A DNA stretch of 64,000 nt. Source: an uncultured Thermodesulfobacteriota bacterium (GTDB lineage: Bacteria > Desulfobacterota > B13-G15). Position numbers and translations under genes: made by a program. Position 1 is the first letter of the stretch. Each line of letters begins with the position of its first letter. The notes under the pieces are model-generated. The model had not been told where the DNA came from. It worked only from the letters and a program-made list of their open reading frames with translations, and did no database searches. The DNA lies in NCBI GenBank assembly GCA_964543765.1, contig CAZIZI010000001.1, positions 50,062-114,061 on the forward strand, given 5' to 3'. Shown piece by piece: positions 28,286 through 41,780 of the stretch.

Positions 28286-28813
28286 ATGATCGAGGTTGAA
28301 GTAAAAGTTAGGGCCGATCTTGAGAAGATAGAAAGAAAGCTCTTGGATACAGGTGCTCGGTTCGAAGGCGAATTTTATGAGGAGGACCTATATTTTGACT
28401 CACCCCTCAGGGATTTTTCTTTAAGTGATGAGGCTTTGAGGATAAGGTTTCAAGAAAAAAAGGGGATTTTTACTTACAAGGGGCCAAAGCTTGATCCGAT
28501 AAGTAAAAGCCGTGAGGAGATAGAGGTTGAAGTTTGCGATCCTTCCAAGTTGAGGGGGATCCTTCTTAAGCTTGGCTTTAAAGAGGCGGGATGGGTCAAA
28601 AAGAGGAGGAAAAAGTTCGAGCTTGACTCATTTAAAGTCTTTCTTGACGAAGTGGAGGGACTCGGAGGGTTTGTGGAGATAGAAACTAAGGCAGAGGGCT
28701 CTTACAAGGAGCTCCTTCAGAAAGCCTTGAAGTTATTGGAGAAATTGGACCTTAAAGGAGAACTTATAAGGGAATCCTATCTGGAATTGCTCCTCAAAAA
28801 GGGCCGACCCTAA
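28286..28813 (+). CDS. CYTH domain protein (class IV adenylate cyclase / triphosphatase, CyaB-like)
   Basis: N-terminal EVEVK, DLYF, EALRIR, TYKGP, REEIE, LDEVEGLGGFVEIE. Confidence 0.88.
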   Translation: MIEVEVKVRADLEKIERKLLDTGARFEGEFYEEDLYFDSPLRDFSLSDEALRIRFQEKKGIFTYKGPKLDPISKSREEIEVEVCDPSKLRGILLKLGFKEAGWVKKRRKKFELDSFKVFLDEVEGLGGFVEIETKAEGSYKELLQKALKLLEKLDLKGELIRESYLELLLKKGRP

Positions 28814-28818
28814 GACTT

Positions 28819-28847
28819 TTGACAAACCCCTTGGTGAAAGCTAAGAT
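28819..28847 (+). promoter_or_regulatory. Sigma70-type promoter for nfeD operon
   Basis: TTGACA-17 bp-TAAGAT, 11 nt before the ATG at 28859. Confidence 0.6.
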
Positions 28848-28858
28848 TCCTTTAAGGG

Positions 28859-30136
28859 ATGAAGAGACTTCTTTGTGTCTTAAGCCTTGTGTTTCTGCCA
28901 AGTCTTCTCCTTTCGCAAGAGAAAATGTTTCTTCTTGAAGCTGAGGGCATTATCAATCCTCCAATGGCCAATTATATCGTGAGGGGGATAGAAAGGGCTG
29001 AGAGGGAAGGGTGTCCCCTCATAATTCAGCTCGATACCCCTGGAGGGTTGATGGATTCCATGAGGCAGATCGTTAAGAAAATGCTCACCTCCCAGGTCCC
29101 CATAATCGTCTATGTGGCTCCAAGTGGATCAAGGGCAGCTTCGGCTGGTGTTTTTATAACGCTCGCTTCCCATATCGCCGTCATGGCCCCGGGTACTCAC
29201 ATAGGGGCAGCTCATCCGGTTGAACTCGGTGAGAAGAAGATGGATGAGACCATGATGAAAAAGGTCCTAAATGACGCGGTGGCCTTCATAAAGACGATAG
29301 CCAAGGAAAGGAAGCGAAATGAGATATGGGCTGAAAAGGCCGTAAGGGAATCGAGTTCCATCACTGCTGAAGAGGCTTTAAGGCTTGGAGTGATAGATAT
29401 GGTGACTTCTACTTTAGAGGAGCTTTTGGAAAAGCTTCATGAACGAAAAGTCCTCGTGGAAGGTCAAAAGGTCTTTCTTTTGAAGACGAAGGGCGCTGAA
29501 GTCGTTAAACTCAAAATGACCTTTCGAGACAGATTGCTTCACACCCTCTCCAACCCGATGATCGCTTATATCCTTTTGATGCTGGGTATTTACGGGCTTT
29601 TCTTCGAGCTCTCCAATCCAGGGGCTGTCTTCCCAGGGGTAGTGGGTGGGATATGCATCATTTTGGCCTTTTTCGCCTTTCAAATGTTGCCCGTGAACTA
29701 CGCGGGGATAGCTTTAATAATTCTGGGTATAATTCTTTTGATATTGGAGGTTAAGATCCATAGCTATGGGCTTTTATCGATGGGAGGTATTATATCCCTT
29801 ATGTTGGGCTCTCTGATGCTTATAGAGAGTCCTGCTCAGTATTTGAGGATATCGCTACTTGTGATTTTGCCATTTGTAGTGGTTTCAGCGGGATTTTTCT
29901 TGTTCGCCTTAACGATGGTCATAAAAGCCCAACGCCGAAAGCCCATAACCGGCAAGGAAGGATTGATAGGACAAAGGGGAAAGGCCTTAACGGACCTTGT
30001 GCCTACAGGGAAAGTAGAGGTTTTGGGGGAGATCTGGGAGGCCTATTCGGACGAGGCGATCCGGGCAGGTGAGCTCGTTGAAGTCATTGGGGTTGAAGGA
30101 TTAAAAGTAAAAGTGAAAAGAAAGGAGGGAGAGTAG
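28859..30136 (+). CDS. nfeD: NfeD family membrane-bound ClpP-class serine protease (long form)
   Basis: Signal peptide, QLDTPGG, RAASAG, GAAHPV, TM bundle, C-terminal OB (GKVEVLGEIWEA); precedes an SPFH gene. Confidence 0.9.
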   Translation: MKRLLCVLSLVFLPSLLLSQEKMFLLEAEGIINPPMANYIVRGIERAEREGCPLIIQLDTPGGLMDSMRQIVKKMLTSQVPIIVYVAPSGSRAASAGVFITLASHIAVMAPGTHIGAAHPVELGEKKMDETMMKKVLNDAVAFIKTIAKERKRNEIWAEKAVRESSSITAEEALRLGVIDMVTSTLEELLEKLHERKVLVEGQKVFLLKTKGAEVVKLKMTFRDRLLHTLSNPMIAYILLMLGIYGLFFELSNPGAVFPGVVGGICIILAFFAFQMLPVNYAGIALIILGIILLILEVKIHSYGLLSMGGIISLMLGSLMLIESPAQYLRISLLVILPFVVVSAGFFLFALTMVIKAQRRKPITGKEGLIGQRGKALTDLVPTGKVEVLGEIWEAYSDEAIRAGELVEVIGVEGLKVKVKRKEGE

Positions 30137-30900
30137 ATGGGTCCTATATTTTGGTTCCTTTTGGTGATTCTCATTTTGATCCTCGTGAGCTCCTCTATTA
30201 AAGTTTGCCGCGAGTACGAACGAGGGGTGGTCTTCCGGTTAGGGAGGTTTGTGGGGGTTAGAGGCCCTGGGCTTTTCTTCTTGATCCCAGGGGTGGAAAG
30301 GATGGTGAAGGTGAGTTTGAGAACCGTAGTTATGGATGTTCCCCCTCAGGATGTTATAACCAGGGATAACGTCTCCATTTCGGTTAACGCGGTGGTTTAC
30401 TTCAGGGTTTTTTCCCCCGAAAAGGCGGTCATTCAAGTGGAAGACTTCTATTATGCCACTTCCCAACTTGCTCAAACCACATTAAGGAGTGTGGTTGGAC
30501 AAGTGGAACTTGATGAGATACTGGCCGAGCGGGAGAAGATAAACCAAAGGCTTCAGGAAATCCTGGATAAGCATACCGATCCTTGGGGCATTAAAGTGAC
30601 GCTTGTGGAGATAAAACACATAGATCTACCGCAGGATATGCAGAGGGCCATGGCCAAACAAGCCGAAGCGGAAAGGGAAAGGCGGGCTAAGGTTATAAAT
30701 GCCGAAGGCGAATTCCAGGCGGCTCAGAGGCTTGTGGAAGCAGCAAAGCTCATGGAAGCCCACCCCTATGCCTTACAGCTCAGGTATCTGCAGACCCTGA
30801 GAGAGGTCGCAGCTGAGAGAAATTCCACAACCCTGTTTCCTGTTCCAATTGACCTATTTGAGCCATTTATAAGGAAATTTAAGGAAAAACCGGCTGACTC

Positions 30901-30904
<4 letters not shown>
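30137..30904 (+). CDS. SPFH/stomatin (slipin) family protein
   Basis: [53 protein letters not shown]. Confidence 0.93.
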
Positions 30905-33848
<2,944 letters not shown>

Positions 33849-33849
33849 T

Positions 33850-35382
33850 TTGTATCCACCGCTTGTTCAAGCCATGCTTGATCCTTCTTTTTATCCTCAT
33901 GAAGTTGAGAAGGTGGAGCTTGTTGAGACGCACATTTCTTGGGTATTTTTGACAGGTCTTTATGCTTATAAGGTCAAAAAGGCTGTTGATTTTGGGTTTC
34001 TTGACTTTAGTACTTTGGCCAAAAGGAGGTTTTTCGTTAAGGAAGAGCTCAGGCTTAACCGAAGATTAAGCCCCGAAGTGTACTTAGGAATAGTGGAGAT
34101 AAAAGAAAATGAAAGCAGGTTTTCCCTTGAAGGAGAAGGGGAGACTGTAGAGGTAGCCCTTAAGATGAGGGAATTGAAAAGGGATTGGAGGCTGGATCTT
34201 TTGTTAAAGGAAAGACTTATTCCTTCTCAGGTGATGGAGCTTTTGGGGCAAAGGATAGCCTTATTTCATCAGGAAGCAGAGACTAATACCTACATTTCCT
34301 CCTTTGGTGAGCCTGAAAAGGTGAGGGTAAATATCAAGGAAAACTTTGATCAGACCGAGCAATTTATCGACCTAACCATTCCCCGCATTTGGTATGACCT
34401 TCTTAAGGATTATTCTTTCGGTTTTTTAAGGGATCAACGGGACCTGTTTTTCAAAAGGGTTCGAGAAGGGTTTATACGAGAAGGTCATGGTGACCTTCAT
34501 ACGGAGAACATTTATTGGGATGGGGAAAAACTTTATATCCTTGATTGCATCGAGTTTAACGAGAGATTCAGGCATCAAGATAATGCCTCAGATGTAGCCT
34601 TTCTCACCATGGACCTTGAAGCCAAGGGGTTTGAAAAGGATAGTTGGCGTTTTTTGAATGCCTATCTTGAGATAAGTGGAGATTTTGACCTTTTGAAGCT
34701 ATTGAAGTTCTATAAGATATATCGAGCCTATGTAAGAGGAAAGATTGAGAGTTTTAAACTTACCATGGACCAGGAGGCAGAAAGTAAGGCGCGTAATTAT
34801 TTTGAATTGGCCTTTAATTACCTTAAAATCAAAAGGAAGCCCTTTTTATTGGCCACTTGTGGTCTCATAGGAAGCGGCAAAACCACCTTGGCTAAGGAAT
34901 TGGCCTGTGGACTTGGGGCCGTTTTGGTAAGGTCCGATTCAATTAGAAAACTTTCTTTGGGGCTTAAGCCTTCGGAGCATCGTTTTGAGCCCTTTGGGGA
35001 GGGGATTTATAGTTCTGGAGTTACCGAAAGGACCTATAAACTTATGGTCGAGATTGCCCGAGAGGTCATAAAGGATGGGTATCCAGTTATACTTGATGGA
35101 TCTTTCTCGAAGAAATGGCAAAGGGATTTAGTGAGGGAACTTTCTTCACAGTTTCAAATACCTTATCTTCTCCTTCATACGAAATGCCCTTACGAATTGC
35201 TTTTGGAAAGGTTAAAAGAAAGACAGGATATCTCCGATGGGAGGCCCGAGATTCTGGATGAACAAATTAAGACCTTTGAGATTCCCGATGAGCTTCCCCA
35301 GGAATTCCTACTTGAGGTTGATACCCAAAAGCCTTTTGACTATGAGGTTTTAGTGGGGAAAATAAAGGAGAGGTTTCTTTAA
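33850..35382 (+). CDS. Bifunctional aminoglycoside-phosphotransferase-like kinase / AAA_33 P-loop kinase
   Basis: ETHISWVFL, KVKK, HGDLH, ILDCIEFN, then GLIGSGKT, RSDSIRK, VILDGSF; TTG start at 33850 after GGAGG. Confidence 0.85.
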   Translation: MYPPLVQAMLDPSFYPHEVEKVELVETHISWVFLTGLYAYKVKKAVDFGFLDFSTLAKRRFFVKEELRLNRRLSPEVYLGIVEIKENESRFSLEGEGETVEVALKMRELKRDWRLDLLLKERLIPSQVMELLGQRIALFHQEAETNTYISSFGEPEKVRVNIKENFDQTEQFIDLTIPRIWYDLLKDYSFGFLRDQRDLFFKRVREGFIREGHGDLHTENIYWDGEKLYILDCIEFNERFRHQDNASDVAFLTMDLEAKGFEKDSWRFLNAYLEISGDFDLLKLLKFYKIYRAYVRGKIESFKLTMDQEAESKARNYFELAFNYLKIKRKPFLLATCGLIGSGKTTLAKELACGLGAVLVRSDSIRKLSLGLKPSEHRFEPFGEGIYSSGVTERTYKLMVEIAREVIKDGYPVILDGSFSKKWQRDLVRELSSQFQIPYLLLHTKCPYELLLERLKERQDISDGRPEILDEQIKTFEIPDELPQEFLLEVDTQKPFDYEVLVGKIKERFL

Positions 35383-36350
35383 TGGAGAAGCAAAGATGGC
35401 TTTACATTACGCTTCTTAAGGAGTTTTTGCTCTGTTGGGTTCAGTTTAAAAGGCTTTATGGGAAGTATCGAAGGGGGGAGCTTTGCTTTTCGGATGTAGC
35501 GTCTTTTGTGGACGATAAGGATCCTTATTCCCCCATGTATTACCTAAAAGAGCTTTCTCATAGGCTTTTTCGGGATCGAAATGATAAAGTTCCTTCGGAA
35601 GGGATGTTGCTCGATTTAGCCATAGGGTCCATTTTTCATGAGGCCATGAAGCTCAGGGAAAACCTATATCAAATGGAGGTTTATAGGCCGAGTTTCGAGA
35701 GCTTTCGAGAGGATGTTTCCTCTTCGGGAAAGAGGTTGAAAGAGGAGTTTTTAAGGATTGGGAAACGAGCTGAGAAGGGGGTAAAGGAGGGTATACAAGA
35801 GATAAAGAGGCTTTTTAGCAATACCTTGGAACAGATACGCCTTTTTATGATAAGGGTGGGAAAGGGCAATCCGCTTTTTATCCGCTTCATAGTGAAGGAA
35901 GAGGGGCTTTTACGCCAAGCTTATGGGAAGCGTGCTTTTGAAGGATTAATGGCTGAGCTATTCCCTCAGGGAGAGATGAGTCAGCTGAAGGAAAGCGCTT
36001 TTGTCTTTATGGAAAGCATGTACTTTTCCGAAGCTTCCAAATTGTGGGAGCGGTATCTTCGCGTTAATCCCGAGGATCAAGAGGCGCGTTTTTTCAACCT
36101 TTATTGTCAGGGATATAATGCATATCTTGAGAATAGGTTTCCTCAGGCTCTTAAGATGTGGGAAAGGGCTTTAGATATAATAAGTGGAGTTAAACATTTA
36201 GGGGGGTATTTGGAAAGGATAATGGAGATATCACACAAGATAACGCGAGAGGCTTTTGAGCATGGTAAAAGTAAAGAAGCACAAAAGGCGCGCCTTTTTT
36301 TGGAAAAAGTGAGTCTTAAGCTTCGAGGAGGTCAAGATGCCCATTTATGA
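35382..36350 (+). CDS. Hypothetical protein (helical, TPR-like C-terminus)
   Basis: 322 aa ORF coupled to both neighbours; [17 protein letters not shown] block; no recognised catalytic motif. Confidence 0.7.
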   Translation: MEKQRWLYITLLKEFLLCWVQFKRLYGKYRRGELCFSDVASFVDDKDPYSPMYYLKELSHRLFRDRNDKVPSEGMLLDLAIGSIFHEAMKLRENLYQMEVYRPSFESFREDVSSSGKRLKEEFLRIGKRAEKGVKEGIQEIKRLFSNTLEQIRLFMIRVGKGNPLFIRFIVKEEGLLRQAYGKRAFEGLMAELFPQGEMSQLKESAFVFMESMYFSEASKLWERYLRVNPEDQEARFFNLYCQGYNAYLENRFPQALKMWERALDIISGVKHLGGYLERIMEISHKITREAFEHGKSKEAQKARLFLEKVSLKLRGGQDAHL

Positions 36351-36558
36351 GTTCGAGTGCAAGAGTTGTGGTAAGGTCTTCGAGACATTGGTCTTGTCTA
36401 AGTCCGAAGAGGTTACCTGTCCCCAGTGTGGGGGGAAAAACCTGGATAAGTTGATCTCACTTTGTGCCATATCAACAGGCGAAAGATTCCGTTCGACTTC
36501 GTTATCCTCTTCCTGTTCCACCTGTAGTGCCACAAGTTGCGCAGGATGCAAGACCTAA
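36337..36558 (+). CDS. FmdB family zinc-ribbon protein
   Basis: [12 protein letters not shown]...CPQCGG...C-terminal CxxCxxxxCxxC. Confidence 0.88.
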   Translation: MPIYEFECKSCGKVFETLVLSKSEEVTCPQCGGKNLDKLISLCAISTGERFRSTSLSSSCSTCSATSCAGCKT

Positions 36559-37703
36559 AGAAAGGCCTCTTTCATTTTAAATATAGCCTGCCTTACGCCT
36601 CCAGGGTATTCACGCTCAAGTTGCCTTTTAAGCCTTTCCACCTCTTGGTAAATGGAAAGGTCATTCATATCGTCTAAGGTGTTATAAAAACCTGCCCTTC
36701 TTCCGAGGCAGAAGTTCAGTTTTTCTTCTTCGGAGAGGGCTAAGAAACGGTCGATGATCTTTAAAAGTTTTTCCTTTTCCTCAGGCATTTTCCCTTCAAG
36801 TTCTCCTAAAAGGTTTAGGATATGATCGCTAACCAAGTAACTGGAGGCTTCAAGGGTTTCGATGAAAAGCCTTATTTCTATGACGATTTCTTCTTCAGTT
36901 TGCAATTCAAAATCGCCCATTTGTATCTTTTCCCAAAGGGGCATTTGTGGGAGGACCATTAAGGTCCGTAGACGGATGAAATGGGGGTTTATGCGGTTTA
37001 AAACCTCCGCGGTTTTAATGGCGTGTTCCTTCCACCATTTTTTTCCCCCGAGACCCGGCATCACGTACTCCGAAAGCTCCATGCCCGCTTCGATTATCTT
37101 GAGTCCCGCCTCTATATGCTGTTTGGAAGTGACCCCTTTTCTCATATATTCAAGTAAAAAATCCGACCCCGTCTCAAGCCCGAGGTGAAGTCTAGTTAAA
37201 CCAGCCTTTTTTAAAAGCTTTAAATCCTCAACCGTTTTTGTTCGAGCTATGGTCCTCGAACGAGCGTAACTCGTTATGCGTTCGATCTGAGGGAACTTCT
37301 CTCGAAGCTGAAATAAAATGTCCGCCAGCTTTTGAGCGGGAAGGATAAGAGAATTGCCGTCTTGAAGAAAAACGGTCTTACCACCGCCATAAAGCCATAG
37401 AGCGACCATTCGGTAACATTCATTAAAGGGATGATTGAAGACGTAGAATAAAACGTTTCGAGTGATCTCTCCGCCTTCTCCAAGACGCCAAGATAATTCC
37501 TTCAATTCATTTGATATGGCCCAAATGTTATCAATGTCACTTTTTACTTCCTCGATCTTTCGCCTTTGGAACGTTTTACCCTTATAAATGTGGCAAAAAA
37601 GGCATTTGTTCCAGGGGCAGTTTCTGGTGATTCGCAGAAGTAAACTATGGGCCTCACTCGGAGGCCTTATCGGACCTATCTCGAACTGAAGTTCCGGCTT
37701 CAT
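36555..37703 (-). CDS. Radical SAM protein of unknown function
   Basis: CPWNKCLFC (CxxxCxxC variant), [24 protein letters not shown]. Confidence 0.85.
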   Translation of the reverse strand: MKPELQFEIGPIRPPSEAHSLLLRITRNCPWNKCLFCHIYKGKTFQRRKIEEVKSDIDNIWAISNELKELSWRLGEGGEITRNVLFYVFNHPFNECYRMVALWLYGGGKTVFLQDGNSLILPAQKLADILFQLREKFPQIERITSYARSRTIARTKTVEDLKLLKKAGLTRLHLGLETGSDFLLEYMRKGVTSKQHIEAGLKIIEAGMELSEYVMPGLGGKKWWKEHAIKTAEVLNRINPHFIRLRTLMVLPQMPLWEKIQMGDFELQTEEEIVIEIRLFIETLEASSYLVSDHILNLLGELEGKMPEEKEKLLKIIDRFLALSEEEKLNFCLGRRAGFYNTLDDMNDLSIYQEVERLKRQLEREYPGGVRQAIFKMKEAFL

Positions 37704-38733
37704 CAGGGAATAGAATAGGATTTTCTTCCTGGTTCTTCAACCTTAAAGTCTGAAAAAGGAAAACCGCCTGATTGTGTTCCCATAAGGTCCGGGAGAAATA
37801 ATGGCTTCCATCGTTTCGAGAGACGAAATAAAGGTAAGGTACCGGAGCAGGATAAAGGGCTGCTTCAATGGACTGTAAGCCGGGATTACAAATTGGCGTT
37901 GGGGGAAGCCCCTTTTTGAGATAGGTATTGTAAGGAGTTGGCCTTCTCAGATGGGCTCGTGTTAGGTTCCCTTTGAAAGATTCACCTAAGCCATAGATCA
38001 CCGTTGGATCAGCACAGAGAGGCATTCCTTTTTTCAAACGATTATGGAAAACGGCCGACACAAGGGGCTTTTCCCTTTCCAAAGCGGTTTCTTTCTCTAT
38101 GATAGATGCGAGAATGAGTATTTCGTATTCATCAAAGCCCAATTCCTTGGCCCTTTCGGAGAAAGATTTGGGCCAACGGCTTTTAAAATTGTTCACCATG
38201 ACCTTTATGACCTCCTTTGGATCCTGTTGAGGGGAAAAGTTGTAAGTATCAGGAAAGAGAAAACCCTCAACGCTTGGAGCCTTTATGTCCAGTGAGGTGA
38301 GAAAGTCTTCGTCTTGGGCAAGTTTGAGAAACTCCTCCTTGGAAGCGATGACCCCTCTTTTTTCTAAGAGTTCGGCTATTTGTTTGATCGTAAAACCCTC
38401 GGGTATGACCACCCTTAAGGTCTCTTGGCTTCCTTCTTTTAAGGAACGCAGTAACTGGAGAGGGGTTATAGGGTGATTGATCGAGTAAATTCCTGCTTTG
38501 ATCTCCCTATCAAGTTTGGTAATCCTTCCGTAGAGCGAAAAGAAGAAGGGCGTCCGTATAAGGCCTTCTTCTTTGAGCATAAGGGCTATTTCTCTTAAGG
38601 TTTTTCCTGTTGGAATACGAAGCTCCTTTTCTCGCTCAACGGAAGAAGGTGTGTAAAGCTCAAGGAAGCCCAAAAGGCCGAAGATCAAAAGCCCCGACAT
38701 TGCACTCAGGAATACCTTTTTCAAAACTTTCAT
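37654..38733 (-). CDS. mltG: Endolytic transglycosylase MltG
   Basis: N-terminal TM, IPEG, EGFLFPDTY, LASIIEKE, ADPTVIY, YNTY...GLPPTPICNPG. Confidence 0.95.
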   Translation of the reverse strand: MKVLKKVFLSAMSGLLIFGLLGFLELYTPSSVEREKELRIPTGKTLREIALMLKEEGLIRTPFFFSLYGRITKLDREIKAGIYSINHPITPLQLLRSLKEGSQETLRVVIPEGFTIKQIAELLEKRGVIASKEEFLKLAQDEDFLTSLDIKAPSVEGFLFPDTYNFSPQQDPKEVIKVMVNNFKSRWPKSFSERAKELGFDEYEILILASIIEKETALEREKPLVSAVFHNRLKKGMPLCADPTVIYGLGESFKGNLTRAHLRRPTPYNTYLKKGLPPTPICNPGLQSIEAALYPAPVPYLYFVSRNDGSHYFSRTLWEHNQAVFLFQTLRLKNQEENPILFPDEAGTSVRDRSDKASE

Positions 38734-39142
38734 CTTTTCTCCTCATTTCAAGATACCCTTGAAGGATAATAGCTGCAGATACTTTGTCCCGTACTTTTTT
38801 ACGTTTGGAACGGCTTTGATAGGCTTCAATGAGTATTTTCTCAGCCTCTTGAGTGCTATATCTCTCGTCCCAGAACTTAATAGGCAACCCCAAACGGGTC
38901 TCAAGTTCTTTGGCAAAGGCTAAGACCTTTTCGGCTTGGGGCCCCACGGAACCATCCTCCTTCAAGGGCAAACCCACCACTATTTCCTCGACGCCAAAAT
39001 TCGTGATTATTTCCTTAAGCCTCGAAAACACTTTGTCTCTTTTTCTCTCAACTACTTCAAATGCCCGAGCCACAAGGCCCAACGGATCACTTAAAGCCAC
39101 ACCTATCCGTTTATCACCTATATCAAGTCCCATAATCCTCAT
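38660..39142 (-). CDS. yqgF: Pre-16S rRNA nuclease / putative Holliday junction resolvase YqgF
   Basis: MRIMGLDIGDKRIGVALSD, VVGLP, WDERYST, DKVSAAIILQGYL; start reassigned to 39142. Confidence 0.92.
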   Translation of the reverse strand: MRIMGLDIGDKRIGVALSDPLGLVARAFEVVERKRDKVFSRLKEIITNFGVEEIVVGLPLKEDGSVGPQAEKVLAFAKELETRLGLPIKFWDERYSTQEAEKILIEAYQSRSKRKKVRDKVSAAIILQGYLEMRRKDESFEKGIPECNVGAFDLRPFGLP

Positions 39143-39223
39143 TGCTTCAACATTATACAAGAAAAGGATACAATTGTCCTTTCTGGAAGTTAATGATACC
39201 TTTAAGGGAAGAGGAGGAATTTC

Positions 39224-39865
39224 ATGCTTATTAAATGGCTGGTGGTAGGCTCCCTTGAGACCAATTGTTATATAGTAGGGTGTGAGAGAACTGGGCTTTG
39301 TGCGGTTATAGATCCAGGAGGTGATGGGGAGAGGATTTTGAGGACCATAAGATCTGAAGGATGGGAGCTTCTTTACATAATAAACACCCATGGGCACTTC
39401 GATCACACCGCAGAAAATGCCTACCTTAAAGCCCGTACTTCTTGTGAACTTCTGATACACCGAGCTGATGCACCTTTGTTGTTACAAGGAGCCCAAAGTG
39501 CGGCCTTTTGGGGGTTTTCCATTCCACAATCTCCCCCTCCCGACAGATTACTAGAAGAGGGCGATGTGATAGTTATAGGGGACCTGAGCTTCAGAGTTAT
39601 TCATACGCCAGGTCATACTCCGGGTAGTATCTCCCTTTTTAGTGATGGCGTGGTCTTTGTAGGGGATACTCTTTTTGCGGGCTCTATAGGAAGGACTGAT
39701 TTCCCTGGGGGCGATTATTATCAACTTATCCGTTCGGTGAAGGAGAAGTTGTTCGTATTGGGTGATGATGTAGTAGTTTACTCCGGTCATGGCCCCAAAA
39801 CCACCATCGGCCGGGAAAGGCGGACTAACCCCTTTTTCATTGAAGGGGGATGGAGTTTCATTTAG
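39224..39865 (+). CDS. MBL-fold metallo-hydrolase (YcbL/glyoxalase II-like)
   Basis: NCYI, IDPG, THGHFDH, HTPGHTPGS, GDTLFAGSIGRTD, GHG. Confidence 0.9.
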   Translation: MLIKWLVVGSLETNCYIVGCERTGLCAVIDPGGDGERILRTIRSEGWELLYIINTHGHFDHTAENAYLKARTSCELLIHRADAPLLLQGAQSAAFWGFSIPQSPPPDRLLEEGDVIVIGDLSFRVIHTPGHTPGSISLFSDGVVFVGDTLFAGSIGRTDFPGGDYYQLIRSVKEKLFVLGDDVVVYSGHGPKTTIGRERRTNPFFIEGGWSFI

Positions 39866-41717
39866 CCCCTTCCAGTTTTATCCCGTATTCCTGAAGGAGT
39901 TTGGGGTTAAATTTTACCTTCTCTTCCTCCATTTTTTTGTTTAAGAAGCTTTGGAACAGTTGGACTTTAAAGAAGTTCTCCAAAGCCTCCTTAGCTTCTT
40001 TGAGGTCCAGTTGCCCCGCTTCCTCTACTTTAGAAAGCCTAACCGCAAGATAACCTCCTCTCAATTCCAGGGCTTCAGAGGGTACTGGATTAGAAGGCAG
40101 AAGCAAACCTATCTCCTTGGACAAGGACAAGGCCGCTTCAACCCGAGATATGGGCTTTAAGGTTTCTATTTTTAACCCATATTTATTAAGAAGCTGAGAA
40201 GCGTCTTTTCCTTCTTTCCACAAGTTGAGGATCTCCTTGGATACTTGTTTTGCTTTTTCCATCGCCTTGAGTTGAAGCACCCTTTCCTTAAGTGATTCCT
40301 TTACCTCATCAAAAGAGGCGATTTTGGAAGGGATTTTTTCGATGAGTTGAACCACAAAGACCCTTTCCCCTTCCTCTATGGGGGAGGAGATTTCTCCCGG
40401 AGAAAGCACAAAGGCAGCTTCAAGCACCCGAGGGGTCTTTCCTATCCCTTGAAGGAGATCAGTTCGACTGAGAGGCCCCTGAAGGTAAACCTTTAAGCCT
40501 TCCTTCTGGGCGTATTTTTGCAAATTGCCTTCCTTTTTGGCCTGATAAGCTACATCGGCCATCTTCATGGCGCAAAGTTCATGGGCCTTTTCAACTTGCA
40601 CTTTTTGAGTAAGGGCCTCCTTTACTTCCTCAAAGGGGAGAATGCTTTTTGGTCTTTTTTCGAAGACCTTGAATATGTGAACCCCTTTTTGACCTTCGTA
40701 TAGCTTGATCTCACCCGGTGACATACCGGAAATCTCTTGGGCTAATTCTTGGGTTAACTCATTGGGAGCCACCCATCCTATTAAACCCCCCTCGCCTTTT
40801 GTCAAAGGATCTTCCGAGAACTGTTTGGCTAAGGAAGCGAAGGCTTCTCCCTTTTTAAGGCGTTCGAATACCTCTTCCGCTTTTTTCTTATCGCTCAAAA
40901 AGATGTGAGCGAGCTTAACCCTTTCGGGTAGGGTGAATTCCTCTTGATGTTCGCGGTAATATTTCTCAACTTCTTTGGGATCAACGCTCACTTGCGAAAG
41001 TACCTCTTCCGGAGAGCACTTTACAAAGGCTATTTTTACCTTCTCCGGAAGTTTAAACTCCTCCTTATGTTCGTTGTAATAACTCAAAAGGTCCTCTTCT
41101 TTGAGAGTGATTTTCCCTTTTAGGTTTTCAGCATTCACAAAAACCCCTTCCAAAATGAGCCTTGTGGAGAGTTTGGAAAATATCCCTTGCATCTCGGACG
41201 AGCTAAAGTAGGGGATCTCCACAATAGCCCTTTGGACCCTACTTATGAGTAATTCTTTTGAGAGGCGTTCTTCAAACTGCTGGGGGGTCATACCTTCTTT
41301 TCTCAAGAAACTGAGATAAAGTTCGCGATCAAAGCCGCCTTTTCTTTGGAAAATGGGGGAGTTATAAATTACGTACCCAAGTTCCTCGCTGGAAACCCTA
41401 AGTCCCCATTTGGAGGCCTCAATGAAAAGAAGGTCGGAGTTTATGAGGCTTTTTAGCACTTCATTGGCTATCCCTAAGTTTTTAACCTCTTCAAACTTAA
41501 CGGGTCTTCCCGTAAGCCGAGTTAGTCCTTCTAAGGCGTTTCTTAAAGTACGGTCAAACTCGTAAATGGAAATGCCATATTTTCCTATTTGGACCACATA
41601 GATGTCCTTTTTTGAAGTAATTCGTCCCGTGCCCCAAAAGGCAAAGGCCAAAATGATTAATCCGAAAATGATCTTCACAGTCCAAGAGGTAGCCTTTTTG
41701 CGGAAAAAATCTAACAT
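39858..41717 (-). CDS. ppiD: PpiD/SurA-type membrane-anchored periplasmic chaperone (parvulin domain)
   Basis: N-terminal TM, SurA_N region, AHIF...FASLAKQFSEDP...GGLIGW parvulin motif. Confidence 0.82.
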   Translation of the reverse strand: MLDFFRKKATSWTVKIIFGLIILAFAFWGTGRITSKKDIYVVQIGKYGISIYEFDRTLRNALEGLTRLTGRPVKFEEVKNLGIANEVLKSLINSDLLFIEASKWGLRVSSEELGYVIYNSPIFQRKGGFDRELYLSFLRKEGMTPQQFEERLSKELLISRVQRAIVEIPYFSSSEMQGIFSKLSTRLILEGVFVNAENLKGKITLKEEDLLSYYNEHKEEFKLPEKVKIAFVKCSPEEVLSQVSVDPKEVEKYYREHQEEFTLPERVKLAHIFLSDKKKAEEVFERLKKGEAFASLAKQFSEDPLTKGEGGLIGWVAPNELTQELAQEISGMSPGEIKLYEGQKGVHIFKVFEKRPKSILPFEEVKEALTQKVQVEKAHELCAMKMADVAYQAKKEGNLQKYAQKEGLKVYLQGPLSRTDLLQGIGKTPRVLEAAFVLSPGEISSPIEEGERVFVVQLIEKIPSKIASFDEVKESLKERVLQLKAMEKAKQVSKEILNLWKEGKDASQLLNKYGLKIETLKPISRVEAALSLSKEIGLLLPSNPVPSEALELRGGYLAVRLSKVEEAGQLDLKEAKEALENFFKVQLFQSFLNKKMEEEKVKFNPKLLQEYGIKLEGAK

Positions 41718-41780
41718 TTTTTATCCCTCCACTTGATGATACCTAAAATGGTAGGATAAATTCGGTACGGAGGTAAAGGG

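Noticed and set aside
38660-39460. ORF-track 266 aa version of yqgF, and other extended starts (15157, 33799, 49124, 50824, 60470, 62426)
   Set aside because: The extensions overlap neighbouring genes or promoters and lack family similarity; starts were reassigned.
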